From positions 70,521 through 134,520 of the forward strand of contig JAUCBJ010005520.1 in assembly GCA_032718475.1 (NCBI GenBank): 64,000 bases of DNA, given 5' to 3'. The position numbers were made by a program, and so were the translations under genes. Position 1 is the first letter of the stretch. Each line of letters begins with the position of its first letter. This DNA comes from Nemertoderma westbladi (lineage: Eukaryota > Animalia > Xenacoelomorpha). The notes beneath the pieces were generated by a model. The model ran no database searches. It saw only the letters and a list, made by a program, of their open reading frames with translations, and had not been told where the DNA came from. This document shows positions 24,069 through 38,041 of the stretch, in pieces.

Positions 24069-27000
24069 TGATATAGTCATCCCTTCCTTCTCTGGGTCAA
24101 AATAAAAATGGAAGTTGGTCCAAAATTTGTGGCTCAAATGGCCTCTATAATTTATCAGCCTACATAGTTAATGAAAAGGATCCAAATGTAATTCTAGTTA
24201 TTCTAGGTATATCATAGTTTAAATTTGGTTAATTTCCTCTTTATCCAAATTGCGTCAATTTGGGGTGAATTCTATGAAAATAGAAAAAACAATATAAAAT
24301 AATCTTTATAAAAACATTTAACAGCAGTATTCAGTTAATAAGTAAGGAATGACTCAAAAAGGAATGACAGTGGAGTGTTGTCATTATGGGCTGATACTGT
24401 ACATAACGTATGTACAGTACATGTTCAGGGGATGTTAAAAATGTCCAGGAATCGATGGTCCTGGTTCTGGTAAAGGTTCTGGCCCTGTGCTGGTAGCAAT
24501 TGACTATGAAGGATGCCGCCAATATTTCTGTATGAGTGACGTTTCCTGGTTGTATGCGGTTCTTTGCTTTAGGCTATAAGGGGAGCAGAGTAATGCTCTT
24601 AGGGTTGGAAGGGGATAATTACGGTGGCCCATAGTGGCCACTCCTTACTTAAACAAAATATTTGCAGGATGCGTGCGCGCGCTGGGTTTTATGTATTATC
24701 AATCGGTATTATCAATATTATGTGTGTGCGTGCGGTATTTCATGTGCGCACGCACGGTATTTTATGTGTGCGCACGTGGTATTCTGTGTGAGATGTGCGT
24801 GCGGTATCTCATGTGCACGCACGCGGTTATTTTTCCATATGTTTGGGATGTACTGGTAGAACTTGTGATATGAGAAAATATCCCTAGCAGCAGAGGCCTT
24901 GCCAGTACATACATACATACACTATGCACTACAGACAACTGCCAGCCTGTACAAAAATACACAGCATAGTGTATGTCAGTATGTACGGTACTACTGCTGT
25001 AACTGCTGAACAAAAAAATAGGTACAATAGTCCTACAGTAAGTTATTAGTTTATTAATTATTTACTATTTATACTGTAATTACGTTTTATAATAAATTGT
25101 TCTGTACATTACATCTTTATCGTTGAGTCGGGCATTGTCACGCTCTCGGTAAAGTTGTACATGTACGTACATAGTGTAATTACGTTTTATATTGGTTTTA
25201 GGTTAGCGTAGTGTAATATTGTATTCGTAACCAAGTAACATAAAGGACCCCCTTGGAAATAAGCTGCAAAGCTTTAGGGGTAATCCTATATGTTATGTTG
25301 GACAATACCTTTATACCGGTACATTGTTTGGTGTATTTGTTATTGTTTTTACATAATGTATAAATAAATCTATCTATCTATCTCATACGACCACTAGAAG
25401 TGTTTCTATTGGCAAAACGTCCTTTCGTGACATTACCAATGATCGCGATCATGGGGGGAAAATTTTGGTGGCATTGAGCACCAGGTAGACTTCAATCAAA
25501 TTAAAAAAAAATTCACAGTTTATTTTTTCACCACTTGGCACATTTTTTTTTGGGCCACCCTAGCCTAGGCCTATACAATCAGACTACTGGTAGATTCTGA
25601 GATTCACTGTTTATGTTTGTTATGAAATCATAACTACCTAAGCGGTAGTTATGATTTTATAGCAAATGCTGAAATTGGGTTTTGCCATGGCTGCGGAAAG
25701 CGAATTTTTGACTGTTCTAACTATTGCCACCACTATGGTATTATGGTTTCCGAAGAAAAACCTACCAGTACCTGCAATTAGCTCACCATGGCATAGTCAT
25801 AGTAGTTCCCCTTCACAGCTTATTTCATTCGAGGATTTCTCATTAGAGAAAAAAAGAGGTAATTTAACAGGAGTGGAAGGTACAAGTACTGGTACATGTA
25901 ATGGGAGGTCACTAACCACACTAAAAGAATAGCCTGAAAACATCTGAAAACATACATTAGTAATAATATTTGTGTTGTACTGTGCTGTACTGCTGTACTG
26001 TGTGATACTGCTGTACTGTCTACTGTGTTTGTATTTCTCTTTTATACCGGTATCTATGGTACCGACTTACCATATGGAGTCGGCCTCTGCTAATCCATAT
26101 TCTGTCCTGGCCGATAATAATACTGGCTTGGTCTCGGCTGACCCTACCGAGACAGCCGGGCATAAGACAACTATGTCTGAAATGGATGCTGAAAATTCTA
26201 ATGGTGTACCTACTGTTATTAATGCTTGCCTTGCTTCTATGGTGTAAGGATTAGTGTCTCATACTGTGTCTGAGACAAATGAACTTGTTCTTAAGCACTA
26301 TCTGGCGGAGGAGATATTCACTGCAAAAGGTTGTTTATTCGATTTGTATGGGTTTAAGGTTATTAATAGGCAGGATACTGCGGACCGTTCTGCGGCTGTT
26401 GCTAATTTTCGGGACATTTGGGAAAAATTGCGCGAATTAGATGCTGCGAAACAGCTGCCACTAATCGCTGTCTCGGCGATTGCTGCATTGTCACTCCCAC
26501 GCTTTCCTAGTTCCGGCTCCGGGCTGTTGGGGCTACCGGCAACAGTGCCAGTTTGTCTAGTGTCGTGGATGCAGATTGTATATCGCGTCTAATCAATCTA
26601 GACCAGAAAGTTGATGATATTCATAAGTCGATTGTGGATAAACTGAAGTTAAATAATGATAAAATTATGTTAATCGAGGGAAAAGTTGATCAACTAGATA
26701 TGGCGGCATCGGGCCGTCTTGCGCACCCTGGGCCTGGGGTTCATCCTAATGATTTGGTAGCCCCGCCAGGAGTGTCTCGAACTCAGTATAGCGCTGTAGT
26801 TCGTACCACTCCATTGTGTTCGCACGCAATGCCGGTTCGGGGTTTAGCTCGTCAACAATCCCCGCTCTTCGGTTCGCGTAGTTCTGGGTCTGGTTTACAC
26901 GGCAACTCTTCTGGTCGCACTCCTGGTAGTTTAAAACACCCTCGCCCCAGCTCTCCAGATGTTACGGATACCGGTACCGGTACACAGTTTACTACTACTT

Positions 27001-27583
27001 TGTAAGACCCTGCAAATCCATGGTTACAAGTCAGGTCTCGGAGGCGCCCCTGCGTTGAAGGGACTAAGAGCCCACCTGGGGGTGGTGGTGGTTTGCGGGT
27101 TAGGGCGGCTGCTGGCCCACCACCATAAATCTACATCTGTCGATTGGATAACGATGTTACTGCGAAGCACCTTGCTGAGGATCTCACAACGCTTGGTATA
27201 AAAGTTGACGAAAATGCAATCTTGAGGGTTTCCCCCCGGACTCATGGTCATCTAGTTTCAGGATCAAGGTCAGTCAACTGGATCTAGAGAAAATCCTGGA
27301 GCCTTCTTTCTGGCCGAGGGGAGTTTTCGTTCGTAAGTGGATTAACTTTTCGCATGGTCGTAAATTTGCTACTGGGAGAAACGATTCTAGGGCAGTAGGG
27401 TCAGGCTCTCTAATGAGTAAATCTGGTTGATTATGGATACCGGCCTATTTATAACTTTATAATTTTATATTATATATATATATATATATATATTTTCTTA
27501 ACTTTTTACAATGGCGTCTCAAACTAACTCACCTATTTCAAATCGCAACATTTCAATAGTGTCATATAATAGTACAGGGTTTG

Positions 27584-27621
<38 letters not shown>

Positions 27622-29364
27622 TATATTTATATCGCGCCTTTAAGAATAAAAATATACATGCAAGGCGCCAGCAATAACGATATGAAAGTCATTAAGGTAT
27701 ACACGAATACATAAATGAAGAAGAGTATACATAGAGAAGGTATACATAAATGATAGTCAAAAAACGTAAAAAAGTACATTTATAGTTATTCATATTCTTC
27801 CTTGAAAAGGAAAGTTTTCAGGCGAGATTTGAATGAGTCAACTCCAGGTGCGCTACGGACATTCATCGGCAGAGAGTTCCAAACCTGTGGTGCAGCAACG
27901 GAAAAAGCGCATTTTCCATAATTTGAGAGACAAAATCTTGGTACGACGAGCAACATCTTATCACTGGAGCGTAACTCGCGATGCCAGAACATATGGTGTC
28001 AATAGGTCCCTGAGATATTGAGGTGCCAGGCCGTTCAAACATTTGTAAGTCAACAACGCTATTTTGAAATCAATACGGCGACGAACAGGAAGCCAATGTA
28101 GGCTTTTAAGGACAGGTGTAATATCTTCCCGCTTTCGGACACCCAGTAGAAGACGCGCGGCTGAGTTTTGTACATATTGTAGCTTCTTAATGAGATTATT
28201 CGGCAGACCATAATATAGCGAATTGTTGCAGTCTAGCTTGCTTGTTACCAAGGCATGTATAAGAGTCTCTAGAGTGTCCTTCTGTAAACATTTTCTGATT
28301 TTGGACAGGTTCCGAAGGTGGAAGAAGGAATCTCGCACAGTGATGGCAATCTGTTTACTAAAAGACAAATGAGCGTCTATGTAGAAGCCAATGTCACGGG
28401 CGTCACTGCTACATTTTACTCTATTGTTGCCTATTTGTAGACAAGGCGGGTCTATCTGACATCCAAACCGTGATTGCAACAATAAACATTCTGTCTTGTC
28501 CATATTCATCTTGAGTAGATTTGTATTCATCCAGCTCTGTATGTCACGTAAACATTCCTCGGTAACGGTTCAAATGCAATATATATTTGAGTGTCGTCGG
28601 CATATAAGTGATATGTTAAACCATGCTTTAATATGACAGACGACAGGGAGCGAGTATATATTGTGAAAAGTAAGGGTCCTAAAACGGAACCTTGAGGTAA
28701 GCCATACTTCAGGTCTTTGAATTTCGAGTACGCATCACCAATAAGTACCTGTTGTTTACGTCCTGAAAGGTATGAACGAAACCATTGCAGTGCATTATCT
28801 TTTACCCCAATATCATGTTCTAGAATATTCAGTAAGATACTGTGTTCCACCGTATCAAAGGCCGCGCTTAGATCCAATAGTATAAGTAGCACAGCTGACC
28901 CGCTATCGATACTTCGTAGTACATTATCAGTAACCGACAGTAATGCAGTTTCAGTACTATGTAATGGTCGATATGCACTTTGCATTGGCTCATTAAGAGA
29001 GTTCATATCCATATGTTTCATTAGCTGTATAGCTACGGCCTTCTCAGTTAACTTGGCTATGTATATGAGATGTGAGACTGGTCTAAAGTTCTTAAAAACT
29101 TCCGGATCCAGACGCAGCTTCTTCAGTACCGGCGATAATACCGCTTCTTTGAAAAGTTGTGGAACTGTAGAAGTTGAAAGTGACAAATTAATAATTATTG
29201 TGATAATGGGTAGAAGTAACTTGATGGATAATTTAACTAAACGCGTTGGCATCGGGTCACACGGACTAGATTTCGATTTTGAGTTGTTTATTAGATCTTC
29301 AGTATCAGCTGTGGACAGGTCATCAAATATTCGGAAGGAATTGTTTGGAGATTCAGTTAGAGCT

Positions 29365-29555
29365 GCTGCCGGAGTAACCATTACCGGATTCGGATCCGCT
29401 GGAGTAGCAGTTACCGGATTCGGACCCGCTGGAAGTAACGGTTACCGGATTTGGATCCGTTGGAGTAACCGTTACCGGTTTCGGACCCATTGGAGTAACG
29501 GTTACCGGTTTCGGAACCGTTGGAGTAATGGTTACCAGATTCGGTACCGCTGGTG
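29365..29555 (-). repeat. 30-bp coding minisatellite, second array (about six copies) in the EN-RT linker of the L2
   Basis: Same unit (VTPAGPNPVT-like) as 30790-31467; one 1-nt insertion. Confidence 0.85.
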
Positions 29556-30789
29556 TCTGTTGTAAATCATCCCGTATGTCTGTTATTTTCTTATCGAAAA
29601 AGTCAGCAAATCTGTTTGCCAGCTCCTCTTCACTGTCTGCGTCAGGTAACTTTGTTTTAGTCTTCCGGTACAGTATTGTATCAATTACTGAGAATAATTT
29701 CTTTTGATTTTCTTTTATTATGTCCCGATAAAATGTTTCTTTTGCTGTAACAATAATATCAGAAACGCGTTTACACTGATCTCTATAAGCAGTTTGGTCA
29801 ACAATAAGTTTAGATTTTCGATACTTCCTCTCTAATTATTGCCGTTTTCTTTTCTCCTCTGCAATGTTATCGTTGTACCACTCTGACTCGGGACGTCTTC
29901 GCACGGTTTTCCGCATTGCCGGAGCATGTTTATTCATTATCATGGATAATGTGTCATTGTATTGAAGCAACATCATTGAGATTATCAGAGGGAGTTTGAT
30001 ATAACGGTGATGATTCTAGATCGTATGTAAGGTGATCCCAGTTAATTTTTTTAATGTTTCTATATGTAAATGATTCAAGGGGCATTTCTGGTTTAAGCAG
30101 ATCAATATCGAAATGTACAGCAAAATGGTCGGATAATCCAATATCTTCAATGTGGATGTTTTTGATAGTTTTCTCATCATCTGAATGAACCAGAATAAGG
30201 CAAGAGTGAGCCCATGTCTGTGAGTTGGCTCCGTTACTAACTGCACCAACCCAAAACATTTGATTAGGTTGCCGAAATCATTAGCATCTTTGTCGTTCTT
30301 GTCATCCACATGAAAGTTAAAATCCCCCAATAAAGTAATCTTCCCAGCCATGATGATTATATGCTGCATGAAATCTGCAAATTGGTCAAAGAATTGCTGT
30401 ACAGTTAATCCATTTGTAGCCGAGGGGCACGTCCGATATACTATAATAATCCTCATCAATACCCCAATATAAATCATTGTAAATTCAATATATTCAAAGG
30501 TCGAGTAAACTACACAATTGGCGCTTTTCTTTAGTTTTAGAGTCTCATTGTGTATAGCCACACCTCCTCCCCTACATCCGGTGCGGGCTTGACTCTGCAC
30601 TGTGCCACCAGTGGGGCATATTTCATTAACTATTATGTCATCATCCACATCACCCCTTAACCACGTTTCGGTAATAGCAGTTATGTCAAATTTCTCATCC
30701 ACTATGTAGTCCTTTATTACCGGAGCTTTGTTAACAATGGATCTAGCATTGTATAAGCAACAATGTATCAGCTGAGATCGGGAACCAAC

Positions 30790-31467
30790 CGGTATCGGAG
30801 CCGCTGGAGTAACGGTTGCCGGATTCGGATACGCTGGAGTAACAGTTACCGGATTCGGACCCGCTGGAGTAAGAGTTACCGGATTAGGACCCGGTGGAGT
30901 AACGGTTACCGGTTTCTGACCCGATGGAATAACGTTTCCCGTATTCGTATTCGGACCCGCTGGAGTAACTGTTACCGGATTCGGACCCACTGGAGTAACG
31001 TTTCTCGTATTCGGACCCGCTGGAGTAAGGTTTCGCGTATTCGGACCCGCTGGAGTAACGTATCCCGTATTCGGACCCGCTCGGGTAACTTTTCTCGTAT
31101 TCGGACCCGCTGGAGTAACAGTTACCAGTTTCGGACCCGCTGGAGTAACAGTTACGGGATTCGGACCTGCTGGAGTAACAGTTACTGGATTCGGACCCGC
31201 TGGAGTTACAGTTACCGGATTTGGACCCGCTGGAGTAACATATCCCAGATTCGGACCCGCTGGAGTAATGTATCCTGTATTCGGACCCGCTGGAGTAACA
31301 TTTCCCATATTCTGACCCGCTGGAGTAACGTATCCCATATTCGGACCCGCTGGAGTAACGTTTCCTGTATTCGGACCTGCTGGAGTAACGTATCCCATAT
31401 TTGGACTCGCTGGAGTTACGTTTCCCGTATTCGGACCCGCTGGAGTAACGGTTTCTGGATTCGGCAC
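30790..31467 (-). repeat. 30-bp coding minisatellite, about 22 copies, in frame upstream of the L2 endonuclease
   Basis: ORF 30016-31467 reads (VTPAGPNxxx)n directly into HCCLYNARSIVNK. Confidence 0.92.
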
Positions 31468-31524
31468 CCAATGAACAGATCGACATGCAGTACTTGGATG
31501 TAGGGGTAAGCGTACGGATGGTTG

Positions 31525-32703
31525 TCAATCCAGATCAACCTGCAGCTGCCCTGCAGACCCTGGATTGCTCGGTGTAAGAGTAACCGTTGATTCCTCAATA
31601 ACAGAAACATCAGTGTTAGACAGACCATTCTGTGGATGCTCCGCATCCGACCGTGCACTCCTCTTTAGTGCACTGGAGTCCACAACTTCATTCTTGTAGA
31701 TAACCCAATGGGTTTTCGGATCTGTAGCAATCAAGTCTCGTCGTCGTTGACGCAACTGAAATTGTAAGGTACTTTCTGCAGGAGTGTAGTCGGGCGATAT
31801 ATAGACCTCATTATAACGTCTGCATTTACGAAGCTCTCGAGATTTCTTCAGTATAGCAGTGCGTTTCTCCTTCGGGAGGGTTACGACAATTGGTTGAGTT
31901 CTAATGTTGCCAGCATTCCCAGCTCGTCTCTTTGTCTTTATTTGGGACTCATTTAATTGTATATTCAACGAACAGGCTATGTTGATTACCGCTTTGGTGT
32001 CATTGTCATTCTCACAAGAAGGCAATCCTTTAATAACGAGGTTTAATTCCCGGCGTCGCTGGTCGGCTTCCTCGTCCTTAATCTGACGGGCGAGGACGGC
32101 AACGTTAGTGGCGGCCGGAGTACCCTTCCCCCGCGGACGGCGAGGAGGAACAACGTTCCAGCTCGCACCGTCATTGGTATCAGACACGCCTCGCTCAGTA
32201 GTCAACTGGAGATCAAGATCCTCTAGTTGCTGTTTAATTTCCTCTCTTTTTCGTTCATCACTTTCAATGTAATTGTTTAAATTACTTTGAATTTCTTTTA
32301 CTGAATCCTGGAGCGACTTAGTAACTTGGTCCTGATCTGCAGCGTCGTTTTCGAAGCAGTCGCGTAGCGCATTGAGTTCAGAGTCATGTCGTGATTCCAA
32401 TTCCTTAATCTCATCAGATAGCCGTATGATGTGTTTTGCCATGCATTTCCCACAATAGAATTGAACCGAACCGAAATTTGTACCAGGTTTAGCCACGACG
32501 ATCACAGTAATCTTGCAACTACTTCCGGAGCACTCTACCTCGATCTCTTCCTGTCCGTCGATCCTAGAATCGGATGTTTGTTGGTTGCCATTGCCGTCAG
32601 CCGGTAACTTTTTCCTACTGTTATACTGAAGTTGCCCACTTTGGCGGCGTCGGTGGTTGTCCCCTACTGATAGGGATTTTCTTTCTGGTTGAGAATTACT
32701 CAT
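31525..32703 (-). CDS. L2 ORF1 protein (coiled coil + RRM-like RNA-binding region)
   Basis: Intact 392 aa; RRRELNLVIKGLP..VYISPDYT..QLRQRRR pattern typical of CR1/L2-group ORF1. Confidence 0.85.
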   Translation of the reverse strand: MSNSQPERKSLSVGDNHRRRQSGQLQYNSRKKLPADGNGNQQTSDSRIDGQEEIEVECSGSSCKITVIVVAKPGTNFGSVQFYCGKCMAKHIIRLSDEIKELESRHDSELNALRDCFENDAADQDQVTKSLQDSVKEIQSNLNNYIESDERKREEIKQQLEDLDLQLTTERGVSDTNDGASWNVVPPRRPRGKGTPAATNVAVLARQIKDEEADQRRRELNLVIKGLPSCENDNDTKAVINIACSLNIQLNESQIKTKRRAGNAGNIRTQPIVVTLPKEKRTAILKKSRELRKCRRYNEVYISPDYTPAESTLQFQLRQRRRDLIATDPKTHWVIYKNEVVDSSALKRSARSDAEHPQNGLSNTDVSVIEESTVTLTPSNPGSAGQLQVDLD

Positions 32704-35700
32704 TATAATTCAATCACCAATAATCAGATAATATAATATTACAGAACCAGTTAAACAAGTTGGCGAGTGTAATCAGGTCAGATAGATAGATAAAGTTCCG
32801 TAGATAAAGTTGACTTTATAAAATGGATATCGCTCGGTGCTGATATTGTATGTTTGCAGGAACATTTTAAATTAAAGCAGAATGTAGGTTATATACGCAA
32901 AGAATTTCGTAATTTTCGGTACTTTAGTGTTCCAGCCCATTATAAGAATGATTCACAGTCTGGGCGTCCATCGGGAGGATTGAGTATGTTAATTAATCCG
33001 GATCTGGCCGGTTTTGCTTCGAAATGTAAATCAAGTAATCCCAGATTACAAGGTATGAAGTTTAATTTGCCTGATAAAATTTTTGTAATCATTAATGTTT
33101 ATTTTCCTGTTGATGGGCGTACCAGTTCAGTGTCTGATGACCTACTGTGTTTAATTAATGACATATGTGAATTGATTTCCAAAGTCAACACGCCAAACAT
33201 ACTTATAGTAGGTGATTTAAATTCAGATTTTTTAAGGAATACAGCTCATGTCAATTTGGTGTCTTCTTTCATTAGTGACAATAACCTAGAAATTCTATGG
33301 AATAAATTTCCAGTTGACCACACGTATTTGCAGAGTGCAGACAACAATTTGCACACTAGTACAATTGATCATTTTATTTTGTCCCCTAATTGGTTAAATA
33401 ATTGTGTCGAGGGCGGTGCAGTCCATAGCGGAGCAAACCTTTCCCAGCATAGTCCTATATACGCTAAGTTTAATGTAGAAGACTTTGAGGCAGCCCCTGA
33501 GGTGTCACGAGACCCATCAGGTTTGCCTAGTTACAGCCGTGCTAATGAGGAACAAAGGACAAATTTTAAAAACTCGTTAAATGATAATTTGTGTAATTTA
33601 AATTTACCTTGTGCAGATTGTGACGATTTATTTTCCACTGATAATACACATATTGGCAATATTGATACATTTGCATTTGATTTGCTAGAAGCTATAAATA
33701 ATGCGGTGCAATTTTTGCCTAATTCTGGAATGCATAAAGGCCACTCTGACTCTGACCACCCAACGCTACCAGGTTGGAACGAGCACGTTCGACCATATCG
33801 TGTTGAATCCATTTTCTGGCATAATGTTTGGGAGTCAGCTGGAAGGTCTAATGCATCTCAGAGTAATCTCTACCATGTTAAGAGACGTGCTAGCTTACAA
33901 TATAAATATGCGGTACGACGACTGAAAGGTAAAACCGATCAAATTCGCTGCAACAAATTTTTCCAATTGGTGATTAATAATAACGGTGATATTTTCAATG
34001 AAATAAAGAAGTTAAGGGGTAATTTTTCCGGGTTAAGTCATGTTTTAGATGGGGAAACAATGGGCGAAGGTATTTCGAATAAATTTGCGGATATATATTC
34101 GACTTTATTTAATCAGGGATATTCATCAGATTTTAGTAGTTTAAAAACGCTAATTACGGAAGGCATTGAAAACCTTACGGCTGTTGATTGTCAGTGGGTT
34201 ACTCCAGGTCTCGTAGCTGCCGCTATCTCTAGGTTAAAAGCGGGAAAATCGGATGTTTCTGGCAAGTTTATTTCCGATTGTCTGATTAATGCTCCATATC
34301 AGTTTACTAAATCGCTGTGTGAATTATTTAATGCGTGTCTCGTTCATGGCTCTGTTCCTAAATTTATTTTAATTACGGCATTGGTACCCCTTATTAAGGA
34401 TAGTCTTGGTGACATTTCAAGTTCATCCAATTATCGTGCAATAGCTATATCATCATTAATCCTGAAGATATTTGAGTGGGTCATGGTCCTCTCTCAGCAT
34501 GATTCGTTGCAAGTCGATGAACTGCAATTTGGTTTCCAAAAGAACTCTAGTACTTTGATGTGCACTTGGGCCGCTGGCGAGGTTGTTTCTTTTTACTCGA
34601 GGTTTTCAACTCCGGTGTATGGCTGCTTTATGGACTTATCTAAAGCCTTCGATATGGTTGAGTGGGTTTCGCTTTTCCTTCAACTTCTGAAAAAAGGTTT
34701 CTCACCATTATTTACTAGGGCCCTGTTGTCTATGTACAGTGGTCAATCATGTAAGGTGAAATGGGGTTCATACTTGTCAAATGATTTTGGCATTTCGAAT
34801 GGAGTTCGGCAGGGGTCGGTGGCCAGCCCGATTCTGTTTTGCGTTGTTCTGGATTTGCGTTGTTCTGGATTTGCTAGTCCATAAACTGCGAGAGTCTCAA
34901 GTGGGGTGCTCGATTGGATCCAGATATTTGGGTATTTATATATATGCCGATGACATTTTACTTTTATGCCCTTCTGTGGTTGGTTTACAGTTAATGGTTG
35001 ATTTGTGTGCAGATTTTGCTAAGTTTAGTACTGATAATAATCCCAGTAAAAGTAAAACTAAGTGCATTCCATTTGGTTACAATGGAAACCCCCAATAGCT
35101 AATATTTATCTATGTAATAAAGTTTTACCTTGGGTACAGCAGATTCAACATTTGGGCAACACTTTTCATTATACTGGTATTTTTTCGTGATATTTAAAAA
35201 AAAGGGCGTAATTTATTGGTAAGTAAATAAGTAATAGTAAGTAAGGTAAGTAATAGTCTAAGACAGGAATTTTACTATCTCCATCCCGGTACACTTTCTG
35301 AAATACAACGGATTTATGCCACATCTTTTTACGGTAGTTGTCTTTGGAACTTATGGTCTACAGAATGTACACGTTTATTTACCTCTTGGAATATTAATAC
35401 TAGATTAGTATGGGGCCTACCCATTAATACCCATAGGTTTATCGTAGAAGGTATTGTAACATTTCCTTATCCAATGTCCATGGTTGCCAGTCGATATGTC
35501 AAATTTGCCTCTAGTTTAATGTCAAATTATATGAAACCCTCATTGCAATTTCTGGCTATGCTGTGTTTATTTGATTGTAGATCTAATTCTGGCTCTAACT
35601 TGAAACGTATAAAGCCTAAGTGTGCGCCTAATAATGTTACAAGTGATTCGTGCAATTTGATTAATTGGTTTCCAGACCCACGCGCTGTTTCATATTGTGA

Positions 35701-36009
35701 TTTGTGCAAAGAAATTACTGATTGCAGGTACAACTATTTGGAAGTCCCTGGTTTCTCTAAGGTTGAATTAGACACAATTTTAAATTTTATATGTACCGAT
35801 TAAGTATCAACCAGTGTATACTATTTCACGAATCATTAGGATATTATGTTTTTACTATCTCATTTATATTTATAGACTATAACAACTTAATATTTTGTGC
35901 TAATGCTCTAACATTTACCGGTTTTATGTATACTGTGGCTATACGCTGAGTTATATAACTATATGCACGAAATTAAATTAAATAAAATAAATAAAACAAA
36001 AGAAGACTG

Positions 36010-38041
36010 TCACATCCGAGGATGTTTTAATAGTTAAAATAAACATTGGAGCTTGCGTTTTTAAGGAAAAAAATCATCATGTTGAAGTAGCTATGGCGAA
36101 AATCTATCAAGGTTTTTAGTACCAAATGATATTGACTAGGGAAACTTACTAAAAGTTGCTACAAGTTGGTATAGGGCCTTCTACGGTGATGTATTTAAAG
36201 ACTCAGTACCAGATTCATGAATGGTTTTACTGTATGGTGATCTGAAACCTGCTATGCAATTACCAATGTATGGCGAAGACTTTATTCTGTATCGTGACGA
36301 AATATGTAACGATTTTAGACGACTTACGTTCCTTATTTGCGACAAAATGTATTATGAGCGGAGCTTAGCCAAGAATAGCGATGATGAAAACGAACAGCAG
36401 ACTTATCAACTTCGGTTTCCAACATCCATAGCAGTTGATGATATATCATCAGAGTCTTTGTCAGACACCACTCATAATCGAGTAGATGACGAGGACATTA
36501 GTATTGGTACCGGTGTATCCTATTCCAATAGGCCTACTCCAGTTGATCCAGAAGAAACTTATATTTTGGTTTAATCTGACGATGGAGAAGAGATCCGAGA
36601 ATCCAATGCCCATGCACCCGATAGAGCCCAAAGTGAATTTTGTATTGTATTTACCCCTACTTCATTTGAACTAAGTCAGGGTGATTTAAGCTTTTTAGAA
36701 TATGTAAGCGTTCAGTATAACTATATTAGTGATGATGAATCATTTATTTACATTCGAGTCCGAAGAAAACATATATTAGATGATGTTCTGAAAAAAACAG
36801 CTTTAATGGATCCACATTCACATGTAAAAGTGAAGTTTATAGGAGAGCCTGGCGAAGACCAGGGCAGTGGCTTGCGCAGAGACCTTTTTGGTTATGTTTC
36901 AAGTAGCTTCTCCAGCAGTGCTCATTTCAGAGTCTTTGATGATTTCTTAGTCCCATCATGTAGGAACATGAATAATGTTTTAAGAGGATCTTTATGCGAT
37001 ATTGGTAAGCTTTTGAGTATGATATATTCCAAGGGGAGCAAACGTTTGGTAGAATGCACCCATTAGTTAGTGCTTATATGGTCTATATGTAAAAGTGAAG
37101 TTTATAGGAGAGCCTGGCGAAGACCAGGGCAGTGGCTTGCGCAGAGACCTTTTTGGTTATGTTTCAAGTAGCTTCTCCAGCAGTGCTCATTTCAGTGTCT
37201 TTGATGATTTCTTAGTCCCATCATGTAGGAACATGAATAATGTTTTAAGAGGATCTTTATGCGATATTGGTAAGCTTTTGAGTATGATTATATTCCAAGG
37301 GGAGCAAACGTTTGGTAGAATGCACCCATTAGTTAGTGCTTATATGGTCTATGGTTTATCAGTGGATTATTTAAGCTTACTAAAATCCCACCCTCTGTTG
37401 GCTAAGAGTAGTTAGTGCCTTTTTAATGAGTTTAATCAAACAGGATTCATATCAGCTGAAATTCTAGAAGACAGTTTGATGCTTGGCTTAGCACCAGTCT
37501 CTGTAGATGCTCTGCTTAGTAGCAAAGAAAAGTTTGTATTGGATTATTACAAGACGAAGTTAATATTTGCCAATAAAGCGGCTATTGATATGATAAAAGT
37601 TGAGTTTTCAAAACATGTGGCAAGTATTAGTCAGGATCTTCAGTTCAAATTTTTATGTTGTTTGCCCCTCTTAACCTATCCAACTATATCGATTCAGCTA
37701 TTATTAGTAATCATCAGATCCTGGTTTGAATAGCTTCCAGAAGGAAGAGAACATTTTATATTGGTTTGGTGAGTTAATGGAGGACATGATGGCAACGTCG
37801 TGCCTTACAGATATGGTGAGAATACGTTGGATATTTCCATGTTAAAGTCGTGGTGTGGTTATTTGGATCGAGTAATCCGATATGCCCCGCTAAGCTTACA
37901 TTGGAATTTAAGCATTGTGACCCAGGTTGCAATTGCCACTTAAGTTACTCGACCTGTGCAATACAATTAATATTGCCCATTCATTTTGACAGTAAATTAA
38001 TTATGTGCAGTGCAATTATAAATTCTGTCTTAGAAAGTTAG
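36010..38041 (+). pseudogene. Intronless decayed HECT-domain E3 ligase (G2E3-like) with a ~265-bp tandem duplication
   Basis: IRVRRKHILDD, VKFIGEPGEDQGSGLRRDLF, WLFGSS..STCAIQLILP (catalytic Cys context); duplication 36822-37086 / 37087-37352; stops and frameshifts. Confidence 0.7.

Larger units (their letters stand above)
27587..32790 (-). mobile_element. Near full-length L2-clade LINE nested in the RTEX-like element
   Basis: ORF1 31525-32703; EN (NARSIVNK, ITETW, GDFN, SDH); RT (LLDLSAAFDTV, PQGSVLGPLLF, YADDTQ); LHWLPVRRRIDFK, AFSVAAPQVWNSLP; L2-type 3' end gcgcgatataaat..(att)n at 27587-27637. Confidence 0.92.
25955..36000 (+). mobile_element. Near full-length RTEX-like LINE (ORF1 + EN/RT ORF2), interrupted by an L2 element
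   Basis: ORF1 fragments about 26093-27420 ending FWPRGVFVRKW; ORF2 starts MASQ..SYNSTGF at 27511 and resumes near 32801 (DKVDFIK..CLQEHF, GDLN, IDHF, PGWN, DLSKAFD, GVRQG, YADD) to 35803; (TAAA)-type tail at 35970-36000. The clade name is from motif recall. Confidence 0.85.

Noticed and set aside
30763-31528. Long alternative-frame and antisense ORFs (30763-31503, 30884-31528; also 5692-6447, 18833-19528, 28717-29565)
   Set aside because: Shadows of repeats or of real ORFs on the other strand, with no independent motifs.
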